Below are positions 28,946-38,572 of a stretch of 64,000 nt of DNA, in pieces (the stretch's first letter is position 1; every line of letters begins with the position of its first letter). A program made the translations under genes and the position numbers. Source of the DNA: a virus. The notes beneath the pieces are model-generated. The model made no database searches. It saw only the letters and a list, made by a program, of their open reading frames with translations, and was not told where the DNA came from. The stretch lies in UHGV virus genome UHGV-0468246. The stretch is one strand, 5' to 3'.

Positions 28946-30829
28946 TTACGCGTCGCGGGAAACGGAGAACACGAACAGCTCGCTCGCAAGCTCGGTGAGC
29001 ATGCTTTCCGCGAGAACGTCTATCCCCATGTACACGTGCCTGTCGCGGACGAGGACGGGTGCGTTCACGACCACATTGACGATGTTTTCAGCGCTCTGCA
29101 CCTGATCGTAGCCCGTCGCCCTCCCCTTTCCCATGACGGTGAGCAGCCCGGTTGCCCCAAGCCCTATGTAGAACGAGCGGTCGTAGTCCGAAACCAAGCC
29201 GCCGTCGAGCGTGACCGAGTAGATGTACTCGCGGATGTTCGCTGCGCTCTCGCCGAACAGGCCGACGAACGGGTACGGTCGCATCTCCACGGTGTCGTCC
29301 ACGTAGTATCCGCACCGACCGACGAGGCAGACGTACTTCCCGCCGCTCTCGATTATTTTATCGACAACCGCAATCGCGTCGGCCTCCATGTTCGACACCA
29401 TGAACAGGCATGTGGCGGCGTTCCGGCTGTACTTGTCCTCATGCTTCAGATCGTCATCGAAGAGAACCCTCATGCGGTTGCTCGTCTTGTCGATCATGAG
29501 CGATGCCATGGAGTACCACGCCTCCATGTACGACACGTTGGCCTCGGTCTGCCAGTTCGCCGCCTGAAGCGAGCGCATGGACAGCGCCATGCCGTTGTAA
29601 TCGGAGGCGTTGCGCTCCGATATGCGGTACTTGTCCATCGCGGCCCACAGCTCGATCACCTTCTCGTCCGATAGAAGGCGGTAGTCGGAGTAGTCGCCCA
29701 CGACGACCTGCGAGGCGTTGTACTTCGCGAGCACGGAGAACATTCCGTCGGGCTGCGTTATGTCGGGCACGTCGAGCACGAATACCGGCTTGCACGCCTC
29801 CCCGATGCGGCAGCACACGGCGGTCAACGCCTCGAAGCTGCGAAGCTCGCTCTGCTCGTCGGTGCTCTTCTGGTACTTCATGGGCATGCCCGCATAGGCC
29901 CAGCCGTACGTGCCGAAGTCGGACGCTATGCCGCTCCTCGCATACCCGGCACCGTCGGAATCGACTAGGCAGTAGGCGTAGTCGGGAACTATTGCCGTGA
30001 GGGCCGTCTGCCCTATCTTGGACTTGATCGAGACGCACAGCGCGCGCTGCTCCTCCGCGAGGAACGAGCGCCACAGCAGGTAGTCGTCGTCCACCCCGTT
30101 GATGACGTAGCGGTCGCTGGGCATGACGCGGTTCCGCTCGTAGAAGTTCCTGTCAGCCGTCGCGTTGCGGTCGTATCGCAGACCGGCAAGCCCGATGCCG
30201 TCGAGGCAGTACCCGTACACGTCGGTTCCGTGCATCGTGCGCAGCTCGTCGATGAGGGCGGTGAGCGCGTCCTTCGCCCCGGACGGCGAAAACATGCGCG
30301 AGTACTCGCCCGTGCTCGACCTCTGCTGGTACGGATGGAAGTCGGGGTTCGTCGTGTCGCTCCACAACTCTGACGACACGGCGCACGTCACGGCCACGTT
30401 GCGGTGCCTGAAACGGTCGAGCAGCTGCTTCAGAACCGGGTTCTTGCCCAGCCCGTAATCGGCGGCGACCTCGCTGTCCCAGTAAACCATGCCGTCCTTT
30501 GCGACGGTCAGAAGCACCTCGTCGAAGCCTGCGGACGCTATGTCCTCGACCACGACCCGCTCCTTGCCCACGCAGTCCGCCGCGTTCAGGCGGATGGCGT
30601 ACCGCATCACGTTCGTCTCGCCGTTGGTGACGCGGTTCCACAGCTTCCACTTGTTCGAGGCGATGCGCTGGATGAGCCACACTTCGTTGACCTTCGGCGG
30701 CTGGTCGAAGCCCGACAGGTCGAACGATATGGTGAGCTTGCCGGTCTGCGTCATGCATGTTATTCCGTCGCTGCCAACGTTGGTTATCATCGCGGGCAGC
30801 ATCTCGTTCTTGTTCATGTTCCTCTGCAT
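28946..30829 (-). CDS. baseplate spike-like protein (gpV-like N-terminal OB fold) with large C-terminal putative glycosidase/depolymerase domain
   Basis: 627 aa; N-terminal MITNVGSDGITCMTQTGKLTISFD...; its position after the hub matches P2 gpV / T4 gp5. Contains the palindromic motif at 29349. Confidence 0.4.
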   Translation of the reverse strand: MQRNMNKNEMLPAMITNVGSDGITCMTQTGKLTISFDLSGFDQPPKVNEVWLIQRIASNKWKLWNRVTNGETNVMRYAIRLNAADCVGKERVVVEDIASAGFDEVLLTVAKDGMVYWDSEVAADYGLGKNPVLKQLLDRFRHRNVAVTCAVSSELWSDTTNPDFHPYQQRSSTGEYSRMFSPSGAKDALTALIDELRTMHGTDVYGYCLDGIGLAGLRYDRNATADRNFYERNRVMPSDRYVINGVDDDYLLWRSFLAEEQRALCVSIKSKIGQTALTAIVPDYAYCLVDSDGAGYARSGIASDFGTYGWAYAGMPMKYQKSTDEQSELRSFEALTAVCCRIGEACKPVFVLDVPDITQPDGMFSVLAKYNASQVVVGDYSDYRLLSDEKVIELWAAMDKYRISERNASDYNGMALSMRSLQAANWQTEANVSYMEAWYSMASLMIDKTSNRMRVLFDDDLKHEDKYSRNAATCLFMVSNMEADAIAVVDKIIESGGKYVCLVGRCGYYVDDTVEMRPYPFVGLFGESAANIREYIYSVTLDGGLVSDYDRSFYIGLGATGLLTVMGKGRATGYDQVQSAENIVNVVVNAPVLVRDRHVYMGIDVLAESMLTELASELFVFSVSRDA

Positions 30830-30830
30830 G

Positions 30831-32249
30831 TCACTTCTCCCACGAGACCATGCCGGGGAACCGAGTGTCGCCCTTCTCGCACTGCGGGCACACGAGCGTC
30901 ACGCTCGTGCTGTACTGGCCCGCGTTCGGGCCTCCGCTGTGCTGCACGTTGGTGACGTACCCGGAAAGCCCCAAGCTCTTCACCTTCACGCGCATGCCGG
31001 GCCAGATGTTCGGCATCCACGTTATCTGCAAGCTCATCTGGTACTGGTTGGCCCAGTTTCGCATGAACTCGTACAGCGCGTAAAGGAACGGGAGGATGTA
31101 CTGCGGGTTCGCGTCCGTCCCTCCGCTCGTCCCGCTGTCGTTCGGCTTCTCGATGACGTGCTGAAGCTGCTTCTTGGCGGGCCTCGCCCCGTAGCGGCGG
31201 TACAGCTCGCGCGGCGTGAACCGCCACTCCTCGCCCTCCGGTATGTTGATGAGCTTCTTCAGCAGCTCGCTCGGCTCGTTCGATATGGCGTTCTCCCCGA
31301 CATCGTTCAAAACGCCCGACGACAAGGCGGCTGTGTTGCTCTCGATGGACACCACGCCCTGCGTGAGCGCCCATTGCATGTCGGAGGTCTGGCCGCTGCT
31401 TGTGAGGTACTGCCCGCCGGTGTTCACGCCTGCGCAGAACTGATGGCTCACGAACGTGTCGTCGGACTGGGTTATCTTCAGGTCGATCAGCTCGATGTCG
31501 TCGAGCAGAAGGCACGGCGTGTTGCCAGAAACGCCCCAGTAGTCGGGATACCACGCCATGAAGGTACCGTCCGGCCCGGCCATCACCGTGCGCATGGACG
31601 AGTTGAATATGTCCTTGACCGTGTTCCACACCGGCTCGTCGTTCGCCAGCGCGCGCTCGCCGACGAGCAGCTGGGATGCCGCCGCGTTCATCGTGTCGCC
31701 GAAGCTCGATGCGAAGAACCACGCCGTCGAGGCGAGGGAGCCTGACGAGGAGTTCGCCCCTCCGCCCTGCGCCTCGGCCTCCTCGGTGCTGTCAGCATCG
31801 CCGCCGTACTCGCTCGCCGTTATTCCGTCCTTGCTCTGAACGTACCTCGGCGTAACAAACAAGAAGCCGCCGCTGTCGTACACGTTCACCGACAAGTTGT
31901 ACTTCAGGGCATAGGACGATATTGCGTTGACGGCGTTCAACTTGGTTCGCTCGCCAACGTCGATAAGGGAGAACTCCCATGCAAGCCCGTAGCCGAAATA
32001 ATGTATGTACTGCAAGAACTTGACGTTGCCGTCCTCGGCCCACCTCTCGGCGCTCTCCTTTGACACGTAGCCTGAATAGCCGAAGTCTATGGTAAGCCCG
32101 TTGTAGTTCTTTTCGAGGTCTGCCGCAAACAGGCGACACGCCGCCTCGAACGCGCCTTGGAGGCCGTTCGTGCCCTCTCCGCGCGTTTCGGCCTCGTTAA
32201 CCCCCGCGTACTTGTCGTCGTCGGTTGGCACGAAGTACTTCCCTAGCAT
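30831..32249 (-). CDS. baseplate hub-like protein (gp27/gpD-like position)
   Basis: 472 aa; start MLGKYFVPT with RBS GGAGGA 5 nt upstream; lies between the lysin island and the spike. Confidence 0.35.
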   Translation of the reverse strand: MLGKYFVPTDDDKYAGVNEAETRGEGTNGLQGAFEAACRLFAADLEKNYNGLTIDFGYSGYVSKESAERWAEDGNVKFLQYIHYFGYGLAWEFSLIDVGERTKLNAVNAISSYALKYNLSVNVYDSGGFLFVTPRYVQSKDGITASEYGGDADSTEEAEAQGGGANSSSGSLASTAWFFASSFGDTMNAAASQLLVGERALANDEPVWNTVKDIFNSSMRTVMAGPDGTFMAWYPDYWGVSGNTPCLLLDDIELIDLKITQSDDTFVSHQFCAGVNTGGQYLTSSGQTSDMQWALTQGVVSIESNTAALSSGVLNDVGENAISNEPSELLKKLINIPEGEEWRFTPRELYRRYGARPAKKQLQHVIEKPNDSGTSGGTDANPQYILPFLYALYEFMRNWANQYQMSLQITWMPNIWPGMRVKVKSLGLSGYVTNVQHSGGPNAGQYSTSVTLVCPQCEKGDTRFPGMVSWEK

Positions 32250-32250
32250 C

Positions 32251-33396
32251 CTATCCTCCGAACTGGTCGTACGCCGACCGGGCATATGCGATGCGCTTCT
32301 CCATCATGGGGACGGAACCGCGCGTGTACACCCGCTCGAACGCCTCCGTTGCCCATGGCAGATCGGTGATCGCCTTGAACTGGTCGAACGTCATCTTCTC
32401 CGCTATCCACGCCTGCGCGCCGTTCGGATACGTGTAAACTCCGTTGCCGGTGAAAGCGTCGAACTGGGCGGGTGCCTCGCTGACGAAGAACAAGAGCTGC
32501 GCCTGTATGTCCGTCCATTCGGTGCCGCGCTCCGACGCGAAGGCGCACAGGTCGCTGAACCGGCCAGAACCCGCCTCCCACTGAAGCAGCCCGCGTCCGG
32601 GGCCTCCGCCTCCTTGGCACGCCGCCGGGTCTACGCCGCTCTCCTGCTGCATGTTCCCGATCACGCCAGCCGCCGCCTGCTTGCTGAAGCCTTGGCTCAT
32701 GCAGAAGTTCCACACCACCTCCGCGTTGCTGTTGCCGCTGAAGTCGGCAGCTCCGCCCGACGACGAGCCTTCGCTTGCCCCTCCTATGGCGGGGCCTGAC
32801 GTTTGCAGCATCTTGTAGATTTGATTCACCATGTCCGCACCTTGGGTGTCCGAGAGCTTCGCTTGGTACATGGATGTCGCCCACTCGATCACGTCGCTCG
32901 GTATCTGGCCCACGCTGATCTTCGACGCGGGCCAGTCCGCGACCGCTTGGAGCACCTTGACCCCGCTCTTCCAATAGCCGCCGTCCTGCTCCGTATCGTC
33001 CTGCCCACGATAGACGAGCCAGAAGCTCTCCTCCAAGCCCGCGTCCCAGTAGAGCTTCTGCAAGCGGTACAGGACATCGCGCCCCCTTATCTCAACCTCG
33101 TCGGTGTTGAGGTTGTAGTAAGGGGCCTTCGTGACGTAGCCCGCGAGGACTTGGTAGCGGTCTGCCTTGGAGAGGTATATGGCGATCTTGTCCATGGGCA
33201 TGAGAAGCCCGGTGTACTTTTCCCCCTCGTTCTTCAGGTGCAGGATGAAGTCGCTCGAATCGTCCGTCTTCAGGTTGACGGTGAACCGCGTGATGTCGTC
33301 CGAGAGGTCGTACGCAGTCGTCCTCCCGTCGCGCGTCAGCGACACGTTGGCCTCGACCATGGGGGTGTATGTAAGGATAGCCGTCATGGCTGACAT
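32251..33396 (-). CDS. tail-associated lysin paralog C: shared N-terminal domain plus lysozyme-like C-terminal domain
   Basis: N-terminus MTAILTYTPMVEANV... is paralogous to the 39055 and 40143 genes; C-terminus GVIGNMQQESGVDP...GRGLLQW fits the phage tail-tip lysozyme family. Confidence 0.6.
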   Translation of the reverse strand: MSAMTAILTYTPMVEANVSLTRDGRTTAYDLSDDITRFTVNLKTDDSSDFILHLKNEGEKYTGLLMPMDKIAIYLSKADRYQVLAGYVTKAPYYNLNTDEVEIRGRDVLYRLQKLYWDAGLEESFWLVYRGQDDTEQDGGYWKSGVKVLQAVADWPASKISVGQIPSDVIEWATSMYQAKLSDTQGADMVNQIYKMLQTSGPAIGGASEGSSSGGAADFSGNSNAEVVWNFCMSQGFSKQAAAGVIGNMQQESGVDPAACQGGGGPGRGLLQWEAGSGRFSDLCAFASERGTEWTDIQAQLLFFVSEAPAQFDAFTGNGVYTYPNGAQAWIAEKMTFDQFKAITDLPWATEAFERVYTRGSVPMMEKRIAYARSAYDQFGG

Positions 33397-33437
33397 TCTA
33401 CCATTCGCGGCGCTCCCCCTCCATGCAGCTCGGCACC

Positions 33438-33453
33438 TCGATTATTTAATCGA
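33438..33453. promoter_or_regulatory. near-palindromic site TCGATTATTTAATCGA overlapping the C39 gene stop codon
   Basis: Lies ~40 nt upstream of the lysin C ATG. Confidence 0.45.
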
Positions 33454-34149
33454 GCGGAGACTGTAGAAGTAGAGCCACTGCGTGGCGTTAAGCTCCTCAT
33501 CGGAATAAGGGCGCTGCGAGTTGTCGCCGCTCTTGGGGTCGCGGATGCGAACGTCGCCGTCGAAGCTCTGCCACAGCAGCACGACGTGGCCGCCGTAGCA
33601 GTTGCCCTGGCCGCCGAGCTGACCGGTCATACCGGCGAACACCACCGCGCCGTCCGCGCACTCCGCCAGCGCCTCGTCGAGCGTCCAGTAGATTTCGGAG
33701 CCGTCGAGGCCGTAGGCCTCCTCCGCGTACGCGCAGAACTTGCCGGGGTCGTTGACCCCATCGGTCAGGCACGTGTCGCCAACGACCGCCGCGAGGTCGC
33801 GCGGGTAGGTGATCTGGTTCGTAAGGTACTCTATCGCCATGGCGGCGCACACGAGGCCGCACCCGGCCTGCGAGATCGACGAGCCTGCGTACTCGATTCC
33901 TCCCCACTGCGGGTCGTCCTGAAGGTACAGCGGCATGTTGTAGCCCGTCGGTATGGCCCTCTGGGCCTCTGTGGCGGGCGCTGGGAGGTCGTTAGCGTCG
34001 AAGTCGAGATAGGGTTCATCTTCGAGCCAAACGGGGGTTCTGGGAGGCTCTGCGTCCGTCTGTGGCACATCGGAGAAAACCGAATAGCCGATGATCGCCG
34101 CGAACAGCGCGGCGACCGCCAGACATTTTATGTAGCCGTTTCGTCTCAT
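33442..34149 (-). CDS. secreted/membrane-anchored C39-like (papain-fold) peptidase
   Basis: N-terminal hydrophobic segment CLAVAALFAAIIGY; DPQWGGIEYAGS...QAGCGLVCAAMAIEY is typical of Peptidase_C39_2. Confidence 0.55.
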   Translation of the reverse strand: MRRNGYIKCLAVAALFAAIIGYSVFSDVPQTDAEPPRTPVWLEDEPYLDFDANDLPAPATEAQRAIPTGYNMPLYLQDDPQWGGIEYAGSSISQAGCGLVCAAMAIEYLTNQITYPRDLAAVVGDTCLTDGVNDPGKFCAYAEEAYGLDGSEIYWTLDEALAECADGAVVFAGMTGQLGGQGNCYGGHVVLLWQSFDGDVRIRDPKSGDNSQRPYSDEELNATQWLYFYSLRSIK

Positions 34150-34182
34150 GGCCGATGATTATACCCCAGCGGGAGCCAAGCG

Positions 34183-34602
34183 TCACCCGGTTCGCTCCCA
34201 CAGCGGCACCGCCACCGACAACGGCATGTTGTTGTGAGGCCGGTTCTGCGCCATGGGCACGTCGTCCCTGTGGTTCTCCTCGTCGTTGATGAAGCCCCAC
34301 CCGGAGGTACCGGTGCCTTGGAAGAACTCGACCCCCGACATGCTCGAACCAGAGGCTAGGTTGCACAGGAGCGCGTGCGCATGCCACGGAAGCTCCGCAG
34401 CGGTGAGCGCGTGCGCGTTCTCCCCGTACCTTCCGCCCGTCCGGTACGTGCCGCCAGCCGCCACGAGGTACACGCCCTCGTCGTGGCGCTCCCACGTGGT
34501 GCCGGGCCACTCCGCGTTCGGGTCGCCCTTGCAGAACACGAACTCGCCGACGGCGTGCGGGCAGTAAACGGAGCGCTTCGGCCCGAAGAGGATGCTAGTC
34601 AC
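34183..34602 (-). CDS. tail-collar-domain (MdpB-like) mini-protein, array member a
   Basis: GTG start after AAGGAGG. Motifs WPGTTW, GENAHALTAAELPWHAH, C-terminal HNNMPLSVAVPLWERTG. Confidence 0.6.
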   Translation of the reverse strand: MTSILFGPKRSVYCPHAVGEFVFCKGDPNAEWPGTTWERHDEGVYLVAAGGTYRTGGRYGENAHALTAAELPWHAHALLCNLASGSSMSGVEFFQGTGTSGWGFINDEENHRDDVPMAQNRPHNNMPLSVAVPLWERTG

Positions 34603-35074
34603 GATGCGCCTCCTTCAGAGCGAGAAGCCCCCCCCCCGACGTGCACTTCCACACGTAGGCTGCGATGTACGGCGGAACGTTGTTGTGAGGCTTGTCGCCG
34701 CCCGTGTAGTAAATCAGGTTCTGCACCCAGTTCGACCACGCCCCCTCCGTGTAGGCCACGGTGCCGTCGTCCACCCTGTAGTCCCCGGAAGCGCTCATGT
34801 TGAACTTCTTCCCGTTCGGATTGTCGGGGGAGTGCGTGTGCCGGGGCATCTCATCGACCGTGAGGACGTGCGCGGCCTCGCCGCCCGTGCTGCCGACTGC
34901 GTACGCTCCGGAGGCCGCGCCCGCGCACACGAACGTCCCGGCGGCCAAAAGCTCCCACTTCGTCCCCGGCCATCTTGCTGACGGGTCGGTGTCCGACAGC
35001 GTGAAGTACAGGTCTCCCGCGTCGTACGGGCACAAGACCGATTTACCGCCGCCGCTCTGAACCTTGACCGTCAT
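34595..35074 (-). CDS. tail-collar-domain mini-protein, array member b
   Basis: WPGTKW, GGEAAHVLTVDEMPRHTH, HNNVPPYIAAYVWK, then a G10 tract encoding the C-terminal GGG tail. Confidence 0.55.
   Translation of the reverse strand: MTVKVQSGGGKSVLCPYDAGDLYFTLSDTDPSARWPGTKWELLAAGTFVCAGAASGAYAVGSTGGEAAHVLTVDEMPRHTHSPDNPNGKKFNMSASGDYRVDDGTVAYTEGAWSNWVQNLIYYTGGDKPHNNVPPYIAAYVWKCTSGGGLLALKEAHRD
34628..34637 (-). repeat. poly-G tract 1 (G10 on sense strand) at the 3' end of array member b
   Basis: Plus-strand C10; sits 25 nt upstream of the GTG start of member a. Confidence 0.8.
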
Positions 35075-35095
35075 AGCGGCATCGCCCCGCACAGA

Positions 35096-35497
35096 TCACG
35101 CGGTGCGCCTCCACAGCGGGACGCATACGGAGTACGGCATGTTGTTGTGGGGCTGGCCTCCGCCCGTGTGGACGGAACTGCTGTCAATCCAGTTGTTGCC
35201 AGAAACAGCGGCGTACCTCCCCGTGTTGCCGCCCTTCGACAGCTCGACGTTCCAGTTGTTGCCGCCGTCGCCGGTGTGGCTGTGGCTCGGAATCTCCTCG
35301 ATGGTGAGGATGTGCGAGTTCTCCCCACGGTTCGTGAGCGTCTTGAAGTTGTCGCCGGAAGAGACGAGGTAGGTTGCCTCCTCGTATCTGGCCCATGTGG
35401 TGCCGGGCCACTCGCCGTTGGGGTCGAACTCGCAGTGCAGCCACGTTCCAACAGGATGCGGGCAGTAGTAGCCCTTCCCCTTGACGTTAAGCCGCAT
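35096..35497 (-). CDS. tail-collar-domain mini-protein, array member c
   Basis: WPGTTW, GENSHILTIEEIPSHSH, C-terminal HNNMPYSVCVPLWRRTA. Confidence 0.6.
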   Translation of the reverse strand: MRLNVKGKGYYCPHPVGTWLHCEFDPNGEWPGTTWARYEEATYLVSSGDNFKTLTNRGENSHILTIEEIPSHSHTGDGGNNWNVELSKGGNTGRYAAVSGNNWIDSSSVHTGGGQPHNNMPYSVCVPLWRRTA

Positions 35498-35930
35498 GGC
35501 GCATCACGGAGGCGGCTATGCCCCCCCCCCTGATCGTGCGCAGGTTTATCTTCACGGGCCAATTAGACCCGTTGCAGGTTCCGCCGACATCGGAGAACGT
35601 CACCTTCGTCCCGGATATGGCGGCCCTCGCGCGCCAAAGGCACGAGTTGCCCCCAATCGCGGTTCCGAAATGGAGGTCTACCGTCTTGCCGTTCGGTGAG
35701 TACACGCGGAAGGTCGGGAGCCAAACGCCGTCGTTGTACATGCAGTCAAATTCAAGCCACTGGTAGCTCGCGGCGCTCGCGCTCAACGCGTACACGTTGC
35801 CGTTGCTCAAAAGATGGCTGCCGCTCCACAAGGTCGCTACGCCCTGCTTCGAGTACGGGATGGTCGGTATCTGCGCGATGTTGAGCACGGGCGTTTGAAC
35901 GCCGGACGAGTTACGGTACTTCAGGTACAT
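35487..35930 (-). CDS. small beta-rich protein of a different family embedded in the collar array, array member d
   Basis: Start MYLKYRNSSGV with RBS GAGAGGAGG; no collar motifs; C-terminus runs through the G10 tract (…RTIRGGGIAASVMRHAA). Confidence 0.5.
   Translation of the reverse strand: MYLKYRNSSGVQTPVLNIAQIPTIPYSKQGVATLWSGSHLLSNGNVYALSASAASYQWLEFDCMYNDGVWLPTFRVYSPNGKTVDLHFGTAIGGNSCLWRARAAISGTKVTFSDVGGTCNGSNWPVKINLRTIRGGGIAASVMRHAA
35521..35530 (-). repeat. poly-G tract 2 (G10 on sense strand) at the 3' end of member d, 27 nt upstream of member c's ATG
   Basis: Plus-strand C10. G9 would give an immediate stop; G11 reads through ~150 codons. Confidence 0.8.
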
Positions 35931-35950
35931 CTCATGCCTCCTCTCGGAGG

Positions 35951-36379
35951 CTACGCGGTGCGCCTCCACATATCGACGGAAAGGTACGGGGGCCTGTTCT
36001 CATGCGGCTTGTTCCTTCCGGGGAGCCGAACGTACTTATCTTCCCACTTGACCTTACCGTATTCGCTCGTAATGCCCCAAGCGTCTGCTCCGCCGCTATT
36101 GTCGCGCTGCTTCGATTGCAGATAGATTTGCGGCAAAGCGTCTGCCGACAACGTGACGGAGGCTGCGCCGCCGGTATTGCCGACGGCGTAATCGCCGGTC
36201 GTCGCGCCTCCGCTCGACACGAGGAAGGTGCCCGCAGCGATGCGCGTCCAAGTCGTCCCCGGCCAGAGAGCGGACGGCGTGACGTTGGATGCGCTGATGT
36301 AAACCCCTCCCACCGGGAACGGGCAGAACTGCTGAACGGATGCTCCGTTGCGCCATTTGAGGACGGACAGGTTAGCCAT
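35951..36379 (-). CDS. tail-collar-domain mini-protein, array member e1
   Basis: WPGTTW, GGAASVTLSADALP, C-terminal HENRPPYLSVDMWRRTA. Confidence 0.55.
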   Translation of the reverse strand: MANLSVLKWRNGASVQQFCPFPVGGVYISASNVTPSALWPGTTWTRIAAGTFLVSSGGATTGDYAVGNTGGAASVTLSADALPQIYLQSKQRDNSGGADAWGITSEYGKVKWEDKYVRLPGRNKPHENRPPYLSVDMWRRTA

Positions 36380-36821
36380 GCAGACCACCGCCCGAAGATG
36401 CTACGCGGTGCGCTCCCACATGTACACGACGAGGTACGGGGGCATGTTGTTGTGCGACTGCCCCCCCCGCCAAATGCATGACATCGCTGTCAACCGGGTC
36501 GCCCGCCATCATGCCGCGCGATATGCACATTTGTTCTTGCGTTCCGCTGCCGGTGCGCCAATATCCCTGCGTGTCGTGGTTGTGGGGCGGCATCTCTGCC
36601 TTCGTCAAGGTATGCCTCTCCTCGCCGCCGGTCGAGCCTGCCGACTTGGAGCCTGCGGCGTACAGGAACACGTCCTGCAACCTTCTCCACGTCCCGCCCA
36701 TGAACGTTGACGGGTCGGTCGCCTTGGTCGAATGGTAGATGCTGCCCACCGGGAAGAACAGGTTCAGGAGCGAGACGGTCGAGCCGCCCGCCCTCGCCTT
36801 GAAGCCGAGCGCGGTGGTCAC
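36372..36821 (-). CDS. tail-collar-domain mini-protein, array member e2, frameshifted at a G8 tract
   Basis: GTG start. GGEERHTLTKAEMPPHNH is present. As sequenced the C-terminus is out of frame; G7 or G10 restores …HLAGG(G)QSHNNMPPYLVVYMWERTA-stop. Confidence 0.5.
   Translation of the reverse strand: MTTALGFKARAGGSTVSLLNLFFPVGSIYHSTKATDPSTFMGGTWRRLQDVFLYAAGSKSAGSTGGEERHTLTKAEMPPHNHDTQGYWRTGSGTQEQMCISRGMMAGDPVDSDVMHLAGGAVAQQHAPVPRRVHVGAHRVASSGGGLHG
36461..36468 (-). repeat. poly-G tract 3 (G8 on sense strand) inside member e2
   Basis: Plus-strand C8; the frame of the conserved C-terminal strand depends on tract length. Confidence 0.8.
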
Positions 36822-36842
36822 AAGATCACCGCCTCTCGCTCG

Positions 36843-37253
36843 TTACGAAACCCTCTTCCACATATCGACCGCGAGGTACGGAGGCCGGTTCTCGTGCGCG
36901 CCTCCTTCTCCCGTGTCGCCGGAGAAGGTGTTAGACCAGAACGTGTTGCTGCCGTTGATGAAGTACAGACATGGAGAGCTTCCGCCGCCCGCGTCGTACC
37001 CGTTGTATATGGAGTGCTGGTGGCTCGGAATCTGCGCCGTGGTGAGGGCGACGGAAGCCGCCCCTCCCGTCTTGCCTGCGGCATAGTCACCCGACGCGAC
37101 ACCGCCGCTCGACGCGAGGAACGTGCCGGAAGCGATGCGCTCCCAAACCGTCCCCGGCCAGAAGCCAGCCGGGTCGATGTTGGAGACGTTGAAGTAGACG
37201 CTGCCGACGGGCAGGGGGCAGTAATAGCCCGTGCCGACGACTTTAAGCCGCAT
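36843..37253 (-). CDS. tail-collar-domain mini-protein, array member e3
   Basis: WPGTVW, GGAASVALTTAQIPSHQH, C-terminal HENRPPYLAVDMWKRVS. Confidence 0.6.
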   Translation of the reverse strand: MRLKVVGTGYYCPLPVGSVYFNVSNIDPAGFWPGTVWERIASGTFLASSGGVASGDYAAGKTGGAASVALTTAQIPSHQHSIYNGYDAGGGSSPCLYFINGSNTFWSNTFSGDTGEGGAHENRPPYLAVDMWKRVS

Positions 37254-37265
37254 GGGGCACCTCCC

Positions 37266-37681
37266 CTACGCCGTGCGCCTCCAAACGAACACGGTTGCGT
37301 ACGATGGGTAGAACGGTGCCCCCCCCCGGTCGTGCCAGTGGTCGTGCCGGTCTTGGCATCTCCGTCTCCCCATGCGGGCGCGCTCGCCACTCCGCTCACG
37401 TTCCAGCAGAACTTGCCGGTGCTCACGTAGAGATGGCTGTGCGCTGGCATCTGCGACACGCTTATGGTGTCGCTGCCGCCGGTCGCCCCCGCCTTGGAGG
37501 ACGCGGAGCCGCCGCGAAGGTACCTGTCGGTCGCGTACAGCGCCCACGTCCCGCCGAGGAACGAGGATGGGTTCTTGTTCTCGTAGGTGAGGTACGCGCT
37601 CCCCACGGGAAAGAACATGTCAAGAAGGGTCACGGTCGCGCCGTTCGCCTTCAGCTTCACGCCATGGGCGGTAACGGTCAT
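37266..37681 (-). CDS. tail-collar-domain mini-protein, array member e4, frameshifted at a G9 tract
   Basis: N-terminal part is in track ORF 36818..37681 (…GGSDTISVSQMPAHSH…TGTTGGG); C-terminal part APFYPSYATVFVWRRTA is in track ORF 37266..37547. G10 would join them. Confidence 0.5.
37319..37327 (-). repeat. poly-G tract 4 (G9 on sense strand) inside member e4
   Basis: Plus-strand C9; a +1 G restores the conserved C-terminus. Confidence 0.8.
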
Positions 37682-37699
37682 GCCATCACCGCCTTTCGG

Positions 37700-38104
37700 T
37701 CATGAGATTCTGCGCCAGAAGTACACCGCAACGTACGGCGGCATGTTGTTGTGGGCGGCATTGCCGCCGACGCTGACGAGCCTTCCCAGATTGCCGCTCG
37801 GGGCGTATCCGTACTCTCCCTGCGCGAACGCCCTGTTCCCGAGGTCTCCGACGATGAGCATGTCGGCTGATGGGTTGTGGTTGTGAGATGGCATCTCCGA
37901 GACGGAGAGCTTATGGGCCGCCTCGCCACCGGTCGCCCCTCCGGCGTACGACGAACCTGCGCCGAGCAGGAACCGGTCTTTCCCGTAAAGGCTCCACGAG
38001 GTTCCGGGCCAATAGGACGACGGGTTGACGTTCTCCGTCGAGATGTAGATGCCGTTCGGCTGGACGGGGCAGTAGCAGCCGTGTCCGGGGACGTTAAGCC
38101 GCAT
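37700..38104 (-). CDS. tail-collar-domain mini-protein, array member e5
   Basis: WPGTSW, GGEAAHKLSVSEMPSHNH, C-terminal HNNMPPYVAVYFWRRIS. Confidence 0.6.
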   Translation of the reverse strand: MRLNVPGHGCYCPVQPNGIYISTENVNPSSYWPGTSWSLYGKDRFLLGAGSSYAGGATGGEAAHKLSVSEMPSHNHNPSADMLIVGDLGNRAFAQGEYGYAPSGNLGRLVSVGGNAAHNNMPPYVAVYFWRRIS

Positions 38105-38128
38105 AGGGCACCGCCTCCCCGCACGGGG

Positions 38129-38556
38129 CTACATTGCGGTTGCCCCCCCCCGGTTCGCTTCCACATGTACACGGCGAGCCAAGGCGGCATGTTGTTGTGC
38201 GCGGCATTGCCGCCGACGCTCGCCGACGCGACGATTGCCGTGTTGCCGGTGTACGCGAAGCCGTTGCCGGGAGAGCCGTCCGTTCCAGTCCATTGCGGCC
38301 ACTCGACGTTGTGCGCATGGCTCGGCATCTCGTTCACGGTGAGCTTATGGGCCGCCTCGCCGCCGGTGTTCCCGACCTTGTAGGTGCCCGAGGCCGCACC
38401 GGCCACGAGGAACGTACCGGCTGCGACCAGCTCCCACGTCGTGTCGCCCCAGCGCGTCGCCGGGTTGACCGCCGACATGGTTACGTACACGTCTCCGACC
38501 GCGTACGGGCACAGGTTCTTCTTAGCGCCGTTCTGGCTGTATGAGAGGGCGGTCAT
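38129..38556 (-). CDS. tail-collar-domain mini-protein, array member f; the 3' end is set by a G9 tract (as sequenced the frame reads through to ~37678)
   Basis: Start MTALSYSQNG after GGGGGTGG. GGEAAHKLTVNEMPSHAH, HNNMPPWLAVYMWKRT, then a G tract. G10 gives …GGGATAM-stop at ~38129. Confidence 0.5.
38143..38151 (-). repeat. poly-G tract 5 (G9 on sense strand) at the 3' end of member f
   Basis: Plus-strand C9, directly upstream of the RBS of member e5. Confidence 0.8.
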
Positions 38557-38572
38557 GCGACCACCCCCCGCG